From assembly GCA_041690595.1 (NCBI GenBank), contig JAWLHB010000034.1, positions 62,001 through 88,414 on the forward strand: DNA of 26,414 nucleotides, read 5' to 3'. Below, in pieces: positions 8,495 through 20,942 of the stretch. The notes below the pieces were generated by a model, which was given only the letters and a program-made list of their open reading frames with translations, was not told where the DNA came from and searched no databases. This stretch comes from Lentisphaeria bacterium (lineage in GTDB: Bacteria; Verrucomicrobiota; Lentisphaeria; JABSQK01; JAWLHB01). The translations under genes and the position numbers were made by a program. Each line of letters begins with the position of its first letter. Position 1 is the stretch's first letter.

Positions 8495-8953
8495 TCAGCC
8501 GGTGAGGCGCCGCTTGACGATTGCCGCGAGCTGCCGGTTGTCGGCGTCTTTACCGCTGAGGCGAACCATCTCCTGGATGGCAGCCATGACGCGGCCCATG
8601 TCGCGCATGCCGGTGGCGCCGGTGTCGGCGATGGCACGCCCGACCATCTCTTCGAGTTCCGCTTCGTTGAGCGCGGGTGGCAGATACTCCTGAAGCACGA
8701 CCAGCTGGGCTTTTTCCTTTTCGGCGAGGTCGGGGCGGCTGCCCTTCTCGAACATGGCAATGGCATCCTGCCGCTGCTTGATCAGCACTTTTATCTGCTG
8801 GAGAACCGCTTCGTCATTGACGGCGCCTTCCTGACCGCTCTTGGCGAGTTTGATGATTTCGCCGCGAATGGCGCGGACGGATTCGAGGCGCAGGGAATCC
8901 TTGGCGCGCATGGCCTGCTTGAGGTCTTCGTCGATGCGGGCGGATAGACTCAT
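8495..8953 (-). CDS. yqeY: GatB/YqeY domain protein
   Basis: MSLSARIDEDLKQAMRAKD, KQRQDAI.F.KG.RPDL..KE, YLP..L and DMGRVM. Confidence 0.9.
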   Translation of the reverse strand: MSLSARIDEDLKQAMRAKDSLRLESVRAIRGEIIKLAKSGQEGAVNDEAVLQQIKVLIKQRQDAIAMFEKGSRPDLAEKEKAQLVVLQEYLPPALNEAELEEMVGRAIADTGATGMRDMGRVMAAIQEMVRLSGKDADNRQLAAIVKRRLTG

Positions 8954-9052
8954 GGGAAAAGATGCCTTCTGGTAAGGGGGATGGAATCGTGGTGGGCAGG
9001 CGGCGTGCGCGCTGACCTGCTATACACTACGCCCGAATTTGCCCTTTTTGTA

Positions 9053-9080
9053 TTGATAATCGGCAGGAAACAGGTATTAT
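9053..9080 (+). promoter_or_regulatory. candidate promoter for the HEAT-secA operon
   Basis: TTGATA (9053-9058), 16 nt, TATTAT (9075-9080), in the AT-rich divergent gap. Confidence 0.5.
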
Positions 9081-9145
9081 GTGAACTTGCCTCATGTGTT
9101 GATGGCCGTGAAAGGACGGCCGAATGACCAACCGAACAGAGTGCC

Positions 9146-11164
9146 ATGCGATTTTCAATAAGCAATTTAGGTCGTGCCGGCTGGCCAGCCGGGGTGCTGG
9201 CGCTTCTGCTGGCGGTGGGCGATGCGAATGCGCAGGGAGAGATCCCGGAGCGCTACCAGCTGTCGATCATTCAGCGCGAAATGCGAGCGTACTTTGACCA
9301 GTTGAGCGACAGCGAGTACGCCTCGCTGCAGCCGGGACCGGCGCTTTTTCCGCTGCTCATCAAGATCTGGCCCGAGCAGCCGCTGACGACGGAGAATGCG
9401 CTGACGTTTCCGACGCCGACGGTCACGGAAGATGAGGCGGCGCTCTTTCAGCAGTATCTGCTGGACAAGCCGCTTGGCCCGATGGTGCGATCGGGCGCCA
9501 TCAACGAGCTGGCGAGCACGACCAGTCCGTTGGCCGCGGAGATGATTTTGCGGCAGTTGGGCAGGGAGGGGGATTCCGCGGTGGTGGCAGATTGCCTGAA
9601 GATGCTGACGGCGCTGAAAGTCTCTACCCTTTCGGCCGACAGCCTGATGCCCTTCCTCGATTCGCCGGATGCGCAAGTGCGTTTTCATGCAGCCGGTTTG
9701 TATGTGCTTCAGGGCGAAGCGCCGGTACAGGAGCTGTTGAAGCGGGCGGTCGCCGAATCCGAGATCATGCTCAAGCGGCACTTGCTGGAGACGGCGGCGG
9801 TTCGTGCTCGCGAAACGCAATTTGAAGAGTGGCTGCCCTTCTGGCAGCATGAGGAGCCGATGGTGCGTTTGAGCGCCATGGCGCCGATACTCCAGTTCAG
9901 CCGCGCGCATGAGCTGCAGGAGGAGATCCTGGAGATCTGCCAGAGCGACTGGCAGGCCGGCAAGCGCCGTCTTGCGGAGACGTTGCACAACCGGCTGAAT
10001 CCGGAGTTCTGCGACGCGATTCTGCGCGTGCTGGTGAGCGACGGCGGTGTGTCCGTACGGGCGGGGGTTGCGGAAGCGGTCGGCCGCCTGCAACTGCCGA
10101 ATTTGCAGCCGTTGTTAACGCGGCTGGCGGGGGATGCGCATGCTGCCGTGCGGCTGGAGACGGCTCGCAGCCTCGGGCGATTCGCCAATGAGGAATCGTA
10201 TGAGGTGCTGGTGCGCATGAGCCACGATCCTCGCAGCCTGCTGGTACGTCAGGCGACGCGCGACGCGCTCATCGCCCTGGCGGGACCCTTTCCGGTAGCT
10301 GTACGCATAGGCGGTGCCATCGAGAGCGAAAGCGTCTTCACCCGCAACGTCGCCTTTCAGGTGATATCGACGTTGAGGACGGAGGTGCATCGGCAGGCGA
10401 TAGCGCGTCAACTGGCCAAGGAGACACGGCCGGAGAACATCGCCAACGCGATCCTGGCGCTGGCCCGTGGCGATGGGCGCAATGCCAGCGAACAGATTTT
10501 GACTTTTGCCGATCACGAGTCGCCGGCGGTACGTGCCGCGGTGGCGGAAGCGATCGGGTCGTTGCGGATCGCGGCCGGGAAGCCGGCGCTGATCCTGTAC
10601 GGTACGCGCGACAAGCACCAGATTGTCCGGTCGCCCGCGATCGCGGCGATGGGCATCCTTGGTGATGCTCAATTTGGTGAGCCGTTGCTGAGCATTCTCA
10701 AGCGCACGCGGATAGAATCACCGGATGCATCCAGTGAGCTGGATCGTGCGATCGCCTGTTGGAGCCTTGCGCGTCTCGAGCAGGTAGACAAAGCAGTTTT
10801 GAACCGGGTAGTCGACATGGTAACCAAGATGGTTATCGCGACGCAGATGGGTCCAATGTATGATGGAGACCTTGTGAGGGTTTCCGCGGCCTGGTGTATC
10901 GTCGATCTCGCCAGGCGCGACGTACGTGTGGAAGGCTTCGATTTCGGCAACCAGTCTCAAGTCGTGATCGACATGCTGAAGCTGGAGGATCCCCGTCCTG
11001 GGGATGGGATCTCCATGAGCATGCCGCCGCCGACTTCGGATATGTTGCGCGCCTATGGCGCGGAACTCGAGAGCTTCCTCAACGGCGAATCCATTCATCG
11101 GGCACCAGTACCTGCATCGGCAACCTCGTTCAGCTTCCATCCATTCGAAAGCCAAACCAGGTAA
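9146..11164 (+). CDS. exported HEAT-repeat (PBS lyase-like) protein
   Basis: Signal-peptide-like N-terminus (..LALLLAVGDANA/Q) and many D/E-xx-VR-xx-A-xx-LG repeats, e.g. DAHAAVRLETARSLG and HESPAVRAAVAEAIG. Confidence 0.8.
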   Translation: MRFSISNLGRAGWPAGVLALLLAVGDANAQGEIPERYQLSIIQREMRAYFDQLSDSEYASLQPGPALFPLLIKIWPEQPLTTENALTFPTPTVTEDEAALFQQYLLDKPLGPMVRSGAINELASTTSPLAAEMILRQLGREGDSAVVADCLKMLTALKVSTLSADSLMPFLDSPDAQVRFHAAGLYVLQGEAPVQELLKRAVAESEIMLKRHLLETAAVRARETQFEEWLPFWQHEEPMVRLSAMAPILQFSRAHELQEEILEICQSDWQAGKRRLAETLHNRLNPEFCDAILRVLVSDGGVSVRAGVAEAVGRLQLPNLQPLLTRLAGDAHAAVRLETARSLGRFANEESYEVLVRMSHDPRSLLVRQATRDALIALAGPFPVAVRIGGAIESESVFTRNVAFQVISTLRTEVHRQAIARQLAKETRPENIANAILALARGDGRNASEQILTFADHESPAVRAAVAEAIGSLRIAAGKPALILYGTRDKHQIVRSPAIAAMGILGDAQFGEPLLSILKRTRIESPDASSELDRAIACWSLARLEQVDKAVLNRVVDMVTKMVIATQMGPMYDGDLVRVSAAWCIVDLARRDVRVEGFDFGNQSQVVIDMLKLEDPRPGDGISMSMPPPTSDMLRAYGAELESFLNGESIHRAPVPASATSFSFHPFESQTR

Positions 11165-11211
11165 TAACCCGGCGCCTATGGCGCTGAACGCATCATTGGT
11201 TGCCCCCTCCC

Positions 11212-14208
<2,997 letters not shown>

Positions 14209-14240
14209 ATCCGCAAGAAACAGAAGTGAGGGTTGCAGCT

Positions 14241-15407
14241 ATGGACGTGGTAAGGATCGGGATCATCGGCTTTGGCAACATGGGAAGAGGGCATGCAGGT
14301 TACCTGTTCGATGCGGAGGTGCCGCACGGAGAGCTGAGTGCCATCTGCGATATCGATCCGAAGCGTCTCGACGAGGCGCAGGCCCTGTACGGCGACAAGG
14401 TTGGTTACTTCCTGGATGCGGACGAGATGATGAAGAGCGGCACGGTCGATGCGATCCTGATCGCGACGCCGCACTACGACCATCCACCCCTGGCGATCAA
14501 GGGTTTTGCCTATAACCTGCACGTGCTGAGCGAGAAGCCCGCGGGCGTCTATACGAAGCAGGTGCGCGAGATGAACGAGGCGGCCCTGGCCAGCGACCGC
14601 GTCTTCGGCATCATGTTCAATCAGCGCGCGATTCCGCTGCACCAGAAATGCAAGGAGATTGTAGAGTCGGGTGAGCTTGGCGAGCTGCAGCGGACGAATT
14701 GGATCATCACGACCTGGTACCGTACGCAGAGCTACTACGATTCGGGCGGCTGGCGGGCGACATGGCGGGGTGAGGGTGGCGGCGTCCTGATCAACCAGTG
14801 CCCGCATAACCTGGACCTGTGGCAGTGGATCTGCGGCATGCCGACGAGCATCCGTGCCTTCTGCGATTTCGGCAAGTACCACGATATCGAAGTGGAAGAT
14901 GACGTCACGGCCTACGCGCGGTATGCCAATGGCGCGACGGGCGTCTTCATCACCACGACCGGCGATGCGCCGGGTACGAACCGGCTGGAGATCACCGGCA
15001 GCCGCGGCAAGCTGATCATGGAAGATGGCAAGCTGACCTTCTGGCGCACACGCCAGGATGCGCGGGTCTTCAATCGCGAGTTCAAGGGTGGATTTGGCGC
15101 TCCGGAAAGCTGGAAGTGCGAGATCCCGGTGGGCAGCGGCGGCGAACAGCACAAGGGCATCACCAAGAATTTCGTGATGGCGATCGTCAAGGGCACGAAG
15201 CTGCTGGCGCCGGGCATCGAAGGGATCAACAGCCTTTCGCTGTCGAACGCGATGCTGCTGAGCACCTGGGAAGATCGGACGGTGGAGCTGCCGATCGACG
15301 AGGAGGCCTATCATGCGCAACTGAAGACGCGCATCGAAAGCTCTCGGTTCAAGAAGCCGGAAGTCACTGGGAAGGCCTTGGATACGGCCGGCACCTACGG
15401 CTCCTGA
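14241..15407 (+). CDS. Gfo/Idh/MocA family oxidoreductase
   Basis: IGIIGFGNMG, ATPHYDH, HVLSEKP, WRATWRGEGGGVLINQCPHNLD and EVEDD. Start set at ATG 14241, downstream of GAGG. Confidence 0.92.
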   Translation: MDVVRIGIIGFGNMGRGHAGYLFDAEVPHGELSAICDIDPKRLDEAQALYGDKVGYFLDADEMMKSGTVDAILIATPHYDHPPLAIKGFAYNLHVLSEKPAGVYTKQVREMNEAALASDRVFGIMFNQRAIPLHQKCKEIVESGELGELQRTNWIITTWYRTQSYYDSGGWRATWRGEGGGVLINQCPHNLDLWQWICGMPTSIRAFCDFGKYHDIEVEDDVTAYARYANGATGVFITTTGDAPGTNRLEITGSRGKLIMEDGKLTFWRTRQDARVFNREFKGGFGAPESWKCEIPVGSGGEQHKGITKNFVMAIVKGTKLLAPGIEGINSLSLSNAMLLSTWEDRTVELPIDEEAYHAQLKTRIESSRFKKPEVTGKALDTAGTYGS

Positions 15408-15441
15408 AGCATCGAGACCATTCATCAGCGGGAAGCATACC

Positions 15442-16527
15442 ATGACTCAACGGATCCGTTGCGGCATCATCGGCGCGGGGGTGATCGCGCCTGTCCACAT
15501 ACAGAGCTACCAGAAGCTCGAGAATGTCGAGGTGACCTGGGTTTGCGATCTGATCGAGGAGAAGGCGCGCAAGCGGGCGGCGGAATACAGCATCGCCGGG
15601 GTGAGCGCTATCTATCGGGAGTTGCTGGAGGATCCGACGGTCGATTGTGTTTCGATCTGCACGGATCATGCGTCGCATGCGCAGATAGCGGCGGACGCGC
15701 TGGCAGCGGGAAAGCATGTGATCTGCGAGAAGGCGCTGGCGGCGTCGACCGCTGGGCTGCGGCAGATGTTCGCGGCGCACGCGACGCATCCCGAGCTGCT
15801 CTTCGCGGGGATCTTTCAGCACCGCTTCGATCCGGTGAACCAGTGCCTGAAGCGGCTGATTGAGGAGGGGGCCTTCGGCACTCTGTTGACGGCCGGCGTG
15901 CAGATGCGCTGTCTGCGGACGGACGGGTATTATCTTGGCGATCCCTGGCGCGGTACGTGGGATCTGGAAGGTGGCGCGGTGCTGATCAACCAGGCGATTC
16001 ATTATATCGACCTGCTGGTGTGGGCCATGGGAGGCGTGGAATCGCTCTCGGGGTACTATGCCAACCTGACTCATGGCGCGGTGATGGAGACTGAAGATAC
16101 GGCGGTAGCTTCGCTGAGCTTCCGTTCGGGAGCCCTCGGCACGGTGGAGGCGACCTGCTCCAGCCATCTGGGCTGGGAGCCGACCCTCTCGATTCACGGC
16201 AGCACCGGGTCGCTCGACCTGCGGCACGACAAGGTTCTCAAGCTGTCGTTCCAGGACGAGGTCGTCGGCAAGCAGGTCGCGGAAGAGTTGGCGAGCAGCA
16301 AGGAGCAGGCTGGTGTGGCCGCCGGCAAGAACTACTACGGCACGGGGCATCCAGCTCAACTGGCCGACTTCATCGATGCGATTCGGGGCAACCGGCAGCC
16401 ATTCGTCACCGCGGCTTCGGCGCGTCATACCGTCGAGGTGGTGCTGGCTATCTATGAGGCCCAGCGCACGGGGGCCAGGGTGAGCCTTCCGGCGAATCAG
16501 GCGCAGGTGGCGGCAGTGGTCGCCTGA
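15442..16527 (+). CDS. Gfo/Idh/MocA family oxidoreductase
   Basis: GIIGAGVIA, GKHVICEKAL, WRGTWDLEGGAVLINQAIHYIDL and ETEDTA. Confidence 0.92.
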   Translation: MTQRIRCGIIGAGVIAPVHIQSYQKLENVEVTWVCDLIEEKARKRAAEYSIAGVSAIYRELLEDPTVDCVSICTDHASHAQIAADALAAGKHVICEKALAASTAGLRQMFAAHATHPELLFAGIFQHRFDPVNQCLKRLIEEGAFGTLLTAGVQMRCLRTDGYYLGDPWRGTWDLEGGAVLINQAIHYIDLLVWAMGGVESLSGYYANLTHGAVMETEDTAVASLSFRSGALGTVEATCSSHLGWEPTLSIHGSTGSLDLRHDKVLKLSFQDEVVGKQVAEELASSKEQAGVAAGKNYYGTGHPAQLADFIDAIRGNRQPFVTAASARHTVEVVLAIYEAQRTGARVSLPANQAQVAAVVA

Positions 16528-16530
16528 GGG

Positions 16531-16557
16531 AGTGGACGCAGTGGACGCAGTGGACGC
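16531..16557 (+). repeat. perfect 3 x 9-bp tandem repeat AGTGGACGC
   Basis: AGTGGACGC AGTGGACGC AGTGGACGC, beginning after a 3-nt gap following the oxidoreductase stop. Confidence 0.95.
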
Positions 16558-16606
16558 CCCTTTCGGGTAGTGCGGAGCGCGTAGAGAAATAGTTGCGGGA
16601 GATGTC

Positions 16607-16660
16607 TTGACAGAGTGGAGATGGGGGGCTTTATTAATGAGTGATCAATCACTTATTAAT
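16607..16660 (+). promoter_or_regulatory. TetR promoter with palindromic operator
   Basis: Perfect TTGACA (16607-16612); AT-rich -10 region around 16630-16638; inverted repeat ATTAATGAGTGAT-ca-ATCACTTATTAAT (16633-16660, 12/13 arm match) just upstream of the RBS. Confidence 0.8.
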
Positions 16661-16672
16661 GAGGTGCTGGAG

Positions 16673-17284
16673 ATGGCGCGTCCGGTAGTGAAGCGAGAGG
16701 GGATCGAGCGGGCGGCGATGGAGCTGTTCGTAGCGAAGGGAATAGCGGGGACGACGACGCGAGAGATCGCGGAGCGGGCGGGTGCCGCTGAGGGGACGAT
16801 GTACCGGCACTTCAAGACGAAGGAGGATCTTGCTTGGGAGATCTATTTTTCGCAGTTGACGAGCTTCATGGAGAGTCTGCGGGCGACGGCAGCGGCGCGG
16901 CCGGATGTGCGGTCGAAGTTGTCGGGGATCGTCAGCGAATTTTTCCGGCTGTACGACGCGGATCCGGTGCTCTACAGTTATCTGGTGCTGGCGGAGCATT
17001 CACTGCTCTGGCGGTTACCGAAGGATTTCCAGACTCCGCCCGCGCTGCTGGTGGAGATCCTTGTGGAAGGGCAGGGGGCGGGTGAGGTGGTGAAGGAGGA
17101 TCCGAACCTGCTGAGCGCCCTGATCATGGGAACGGTCGCCCGACTGACGATCTTTCGGGTGTATGGCCGGGTGACGGGTGAGCTGAGCGCGCGGTCGGAG
17201 GCGGTGAGCCGTCTCTGCTGGCGGGCGATATGTAAAACCAGTGCGGGGAATGAATCCACTGACCGGAATGGAGGTGCAGGATGA
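16673..17284 (+). CDS. TetR/AcrR family transcriptional regulator
   Basis: IERAAMELFVAKGIAGTTTREIAERAGAAEGTMYRHFKTKEDL helix-turn-helix. ATG 16673 follows GAGGTG. Confidence 0.93.
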   Translation: MARPVVKREGIERAAMELFVAKGIAGTTTREIAERAGAAEGTMYRHFKTKEDLAWEIYFSQLTSFMESLRATAAARPDVRSKLSGIVSEFFRLYDADPVLYSYLVLAEHSLLWRLPKDFQTPPALLVEILVEGQGAGEVVKEDPNLLSALIMGTVARLTIFRVYGRVTGELSARSEAVSRLCWRAICKTSAGNESTDRNGGAG

Positions 17285-19209
17285 AATGCCCGAAATGCCA
17301 ACAGTCGTTGCCGGACAGCGCGCGTCGCTGTTCGAGCTGCGGAGCGGATCTGTCGCTGCTGCAGAATGTAAAGGAGTTGAGCCAGGAGCTGAAGGCGACG
17401 GAGGCGATGGCCAGTCAGCTGGCGCGTCGCATGGGCTGGTTGAACGAGCGCCTGGAGAGTGTGCAGGAGAGCATGGTGGAGGCGATCCGGCCGCCGGCGC
17501 CGGCCATGGAGGCTGAGCCGCCGGCGCCGGAGGTGGTTCCGGCCGTAGATGCGGTTCCGGCAGCTGCCGAGCGGGAGAAGGAGATGCCGCCGCCGATCAC
17601 GCGGGCGCCGCGGATCCCACGGCCGCAACCGACGGCGAGCACGGATGAACCGGAGTTCGAGCTGAAGCTGGGGCAGAAGGGGCTGCTGATCGTGGGGATT
17701 GTGGTGATGGTGCTGGGGATCGGCTACTTCCTGAAGTATTCCTTCGAGCAGGGTTGGGTACAGCCTTGGGTCCGGGTGTTGATGACGTATGTAGCGGGGC
17801 TTGGGCTGTTGGGGCTGGGCGAGTTTTTCCGGCGGCGGGAGTTGCCGTTCTTCGGGCTGAATCTGATCGGCGGTGGGATTGCGACGCTCTACTTTGCGAG
17901 CTTCGCTGGCTTCCATATCTATCATCTCATCCCGCAGTACCCGGCGTTTGGGGTGATGATCGTGGTGACGGCGCTTGCCTGCGTGTTGTCGCTGGTCTAC
18001 GATACGCGGTGGCTGGCGGTGCTGGGGCTGATCGGAGGTTTTCTGACGCCGGTGGTGCTGAGTACGGGCAGCAATCAGCAGGTTGCGCTCATGCTCTACA
18101 TGACGATCCTGAACGTCGGGATCCTGGTGCTGGCCTTCCACAAGCACTGGCGACTGTTGACGTGGCTGGGTTTCTTCGCCACCTGGGTTCTCTTCACGTC
18201 GTGGTACGCGCGCTGGTACCATGTCGAGGCGTTCTGGACGACGACGATCTTTCTGAATGTCTTCTTCTTCATCTACCTGCTGGCGCCCTTCGTATATTAC
18301 GTGACGCGGGATCCGACGGCGCGCCTGGGGGGCTTTTCGATCGGGATCATGAATACCTTCATCGCCTTCGGTTTCTCGTACGGGATGATCGAAGAGGCGT
18401 ATTCGAGCGAGGCGGTGAGTATCGTGACGCTGGCGTACACGGCGATCTTCCTGGGGATGGGAAGCTGGCTGCTGCGGAACCGGCCCGAGGCCAAGGTGCC
18501 GCTGATCGTGGCGCTGAGCAAGGCGATGCTCTTCCTGGGGATCACGGTGCCGCTGCTCTTCGATGGGGCGTGGGTCACGGTCTTCTGGGCGCTTCAGGCG
18601 GTGGGGCTGTTCTGGGCATCCGAGCGGCTGGATCATGGGACGTTGCGTCGGGGGGCTTACCTGCTCCTGGGCCTCGCCATCTTCAGGCTGTGCTTCTTCG
18701 AATACCTTGGCGACTTCAGATTCGACGGCACCTTCCGGCCGAGCTATACGGCGCGGCTGGAGGGGCGATGGCTGACCTCGGCGATCGTGCTGGGGGTGGT
18801 CGCCTGGTTTGCGCGGCAGCGGCGGGAAGCTCCGAAGGTGGCGACGTTCTTGTGGACGCTCTTCGGGGTGCTGCTCTTCGGGCTGCTCAACATGGAAGTG
18901 TGGGCGTTCCTCGGGGAGTACATGTCGCGGGCGAGGCACGCGGGGCTTTCGGTGCTCTGGACGCTCTTTTCGCTGGTGCTGATGCTGCTTGGCTTCGCTC
19001 GGCGGCTGCGTCCTGTGCGCACGGTGGCCATGGCGCTTTTCCTTGGTACGCTGGTGAAGGTCTTCATGATTGACATGTCGCAGGCGAGCACGCCCTTTCG
19101 CATCGTCTCGTTCATCGTGCTGGGGGCGGTGCTGATCGGGGCGTCGTATCTGTACCATCGCTACAAGAGTCTAATCCTGCCTGACGAGGCCGAGGAGGTG
19201 CTGCCATGA
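17281..19209 (+). CDS. DUF2339-like polytopic membrane protein with N-terminal zinc ribbon
   Basis: CPKC..CSSC, coiled coil, Pro/Ala linker, FELKLGQKGLLIVG..GIGYFLKYSF, more than 12 hydrophobic segments, C-terminal KVFMIDM..RIVSFIVLGAVLIGASYLY. ATGA-coupled to TetR. Confidence 0.82.
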   Translation: MKCPKCQQSLPDSARRCSSCGADLSLLQNVKELSQELKATEAMASQLARRMGWLNERLESVQESMVEAIRPPAPAMEAEPPAPEVVPAVDAVPAAAEREKEMPPPITRAPRIPRPQPTASTDEPEFELKLGQKGLLIVGIVVMVLGIGYFLKYSFEQGWVQPWVRVLMTYVAGLGLLGLGEFFRRRELPFFGLNLIGGGIATLYFASFAGFHIYHLIPQYPAFGVMIVVTALACVLSLVYDTRWLAVLGLIGGFLTPVVLSTGSNQQVALMLYMTILNVGILVLAFHKHWRLLTWLGFFATWVLFTSWYARWYHVEAFWTTTIFLNVFFFIYLLAPFVYYVTRDPTARLGGFSIGIMNTFIAFGFSYGMIEEAYSSEAVSIVTLAYTAIFLGMGSWLLRNRPEAKVPLIVALSKAMLFLGITVPLLFDGAWVTVFWALQAVGLFWASERLDHGTLRRGAYLLLGLAIFRLCFFEYLGDFRFDGTFRPSYTARLEGRWLTSAIVLGVVAWFARQRREAPKVATFLWTLFGVLLFGLLNMEVWAFLGEYMSRARHAGLSVLWTLFSLVLMLLGFARRLRPVRTVAMALFLGTLVKVFMIDMSQASTPFRIVSFIVLGAVLIGASYLYHRYKSLILPDEAEEVLP

Positions 19210-20531
19210 TACGCAAGATAATCGTGTTGCTTGGACTGGCGTTGGCCGCTCTGGCGGCGGAGCCGGAGCAGTTCGCCTGGCGAGCGCCCGTCGAGGGGGA
19301 TCTGCCGGCGGATGCGCCCGCGCGAATCGACCTGAACGCGGAGGTGATCCGCCATACCCGCCCAGGCTTCGTGGATCTGCGGATCTTTGACGACGAGGGG
19401 ACGGAGACGCCGTACGTCATCCATTCCCGGCGCAAATGGCACGTCAAGGGGGAGTCCTTTGCCTACGAGGTGGTTGACTATGGGCTGGAGGATGGCGTGG
19501 AAACGCTGGTGCTCAAGCGGCCTGACGAGGTGACGGGGGTGATCGATGAGGTGGTCATCGACACGGGGGCGCGGGATTTTCGCCGCGCCGTCGAGGTGGC
19601 CGCCAGCGACGATCGGGAGAGATGGACGGTTATCGCCAGCGACATGGTCTTCGACTTCACGTCGCGGGTGAATCTGCGGCGTACGGTCCTACCGGTGGAG
19701 CCGAGTTCGGCGCGCTTTCTGCGTCTGAAGCTGCATGGAGCGGTGGAGCAGCCCGGCACGGAGACGATTAACCTGCAGTACAAGGATCTGAAGCTGGACA
19801 TTGCCTCGCTGGAGGCGGGCGTCTTCAGGGTGAATGCGGTGCGGGGAATCATCCAGCGGCACAAGGTGGAGGCGATCACGCAACGGTTGCGCTTCGACGG
19901 GGTGGATCGGCATACGGACAGCGATGGCAACACGGTGCTGGAGCCCGGGCGGGTCAATCTGCCGGTGGAGCGACTGGTTCTGGAGGTCGAGACGCCCTTT
20001 TTCTATCGCCGGGTGGAGGTACAGGTGAAGGGGCAGGAGGGAGAGGATTGGCGGGTGGCGTACAGCGGCTGGATCTATCGCATCCCGGGAATGCCGATGG
20101 CGCATCTGCATCTCGAGCCGGAGCTTGACCGGGCGCTCTTCCTGCGCCTGGTGATCGTCAACGACGACAATCCGCCGCTGCGGATCGATGCGGTGAAGGT
20201 GGAGTGGTTGCGTCGCGAGCTGCTCTTCATCGCCGAGGCGGGACGTCACTACAGCCTCTACGTCGGTGGTCATGCGGTTCAAAGCCCCAGGTACGAGACG
20301 GCCTGGCTGCTGCCCTATACGGCGCCAAGCATCGAACGGTTCCCGCTGGTGACGGCGGGCAGGATCGTCGACAACGCCGGGTATCGTCCGGAACTGAACT
20401 TCGAGTGGAAGGGCTGGATGTTCGGCGTGGTGGTGGTGGCGGTCATGATTCTGCTGGCAATCTGGATGTATTCGGTCCTTCGCCAGGAGAGAAAGGTGAA
20501 GGGACGTGAAGGGGAAGCGGAGGAAGGGTGA
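19206..20531 (+). CDS. DUF3999-like exported protein with C-terminal membrane anchor
   Basis: Signal peptide, DLRIFDDEGTETPY, V.ASDD..W, LRLVIVNDDNPPL, YSLYVG..PRYE and a C-terminal TM helix with basic tail. ATGA-coupled. Confidence 0.75.
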   Translation: MIRKIIVLLGLALAALAAEPEQFAWRAPVEGDLPADAPARIDLNAEVIRHTRPGFVDLRIFDDEGTETPYVIHSRRKWHVKGESFAYEVVDYGLEDGVETLVLKRPDEVTGVIDEVVIDTGARDFRRAVEVAASDDRERWTVIASDMVFDFTSRVNLRRTVLPVEPSSARFLRLKLHGAVEQPGTETINLQYKDLKLDIASLEAGVFRVNAVRGIIQRHKVEAITQRLRFDGVDRHTDSDGNTVLEPGRVNLPVERLVLEVETPFFYRRVEVQVKGQEGEDWRVAYSGWIYRIPGMPMAHLHLEPELDRALFLRLVIVNDDNPPLRIDAVKVEWLRRELLFIAEAGRHYSLYVGGHAVQSPRYETAWLLPYTAPSIERFPLVTAGRIVDNAGYRPELNFEWKGWMFGVVVVAVMILLAIWMYSVLRQERKVKGREGEAEEG

Positions 20532-20673
20532 GAATGCGCTTGCCAAAAGGGGGATAATGCGTCAGATTGCATTATCGAGGTTGTTGGGGATGGCAGCGGG
20601 TGCGGGAAATGTTCGTTGGCGTAGAGGCAATGGGGAGGATGGAAAGGAATTGTAGAAGGGGATGGGGAGGATT

Positions 20674-20706
20674 GATCTGGCGGATCTGACGGATCTGACG
20701 GATCTG
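20674..20706 (+). repeat. degenerate 9-bp tandem repeat GATCTGRCG (about 3.7 copies)
   Basis: GATCTGGCG GATCTGACG GATCTGACG GATCTG. Confidence 0.9.
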
Positions 20707-20762
20707 TTTTTTTGGGGGGGCGATACTTCACATAGTTTAGCATCTGACGCTACCAAGATAAC

Positions 20763-20826
20763 CACGAAGGACACGAAGAAAGTCACTTTAGAGCAAATTG
20801 AACCAATGCTCTTCGTGCTCTTCGTG
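20763..20826. repeat. REP-like inverted repeat with 9-bp-periodic arms
   Basis: CACGAAGGACACGAAG (20763-20778) and CTTCGTGCTCTTCGTG (20811-20826), 14/16 complementary, with a 32-nt loop. Confidence 0.85.
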
Positions 20827-20942
20827 AGGAAATCTGTCTGGTTTGGATCTCATTTCCTGGGGCAGCACTCAAGTTCTGAGCTATCGTAAGAGTGGGATAA
20901 GGATCAACGATGATACTGATTATGAAAAATAAGGGATGGACG

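Noticed and set aside
16557..16568. CCC-ctttc-GGG hairpin as a terminator
   Set aside because: The stem is too short and there is no U-tract.
16607..16672. Longer TetR N-terminus from TTG 16607 or ATG 16637
   Set aside because: These positions coincide with the -35 box and the operator; the SD and the typical TetR N-terminus support 16673.
16978..19158. 726-aa minus-strand ORF
   Set aside because: Shadow of the DUF2339-like gene. Its Q/H/R/P richness mirrors the hydrophobic codons on the plus strand.
20562..20889. Short ORFs with SDPSDP, DLTDLT or TKDTK repeats
   Set aside because: These are translations of the non-coding 9-bp arrays, with no RBS or coding-like bias.
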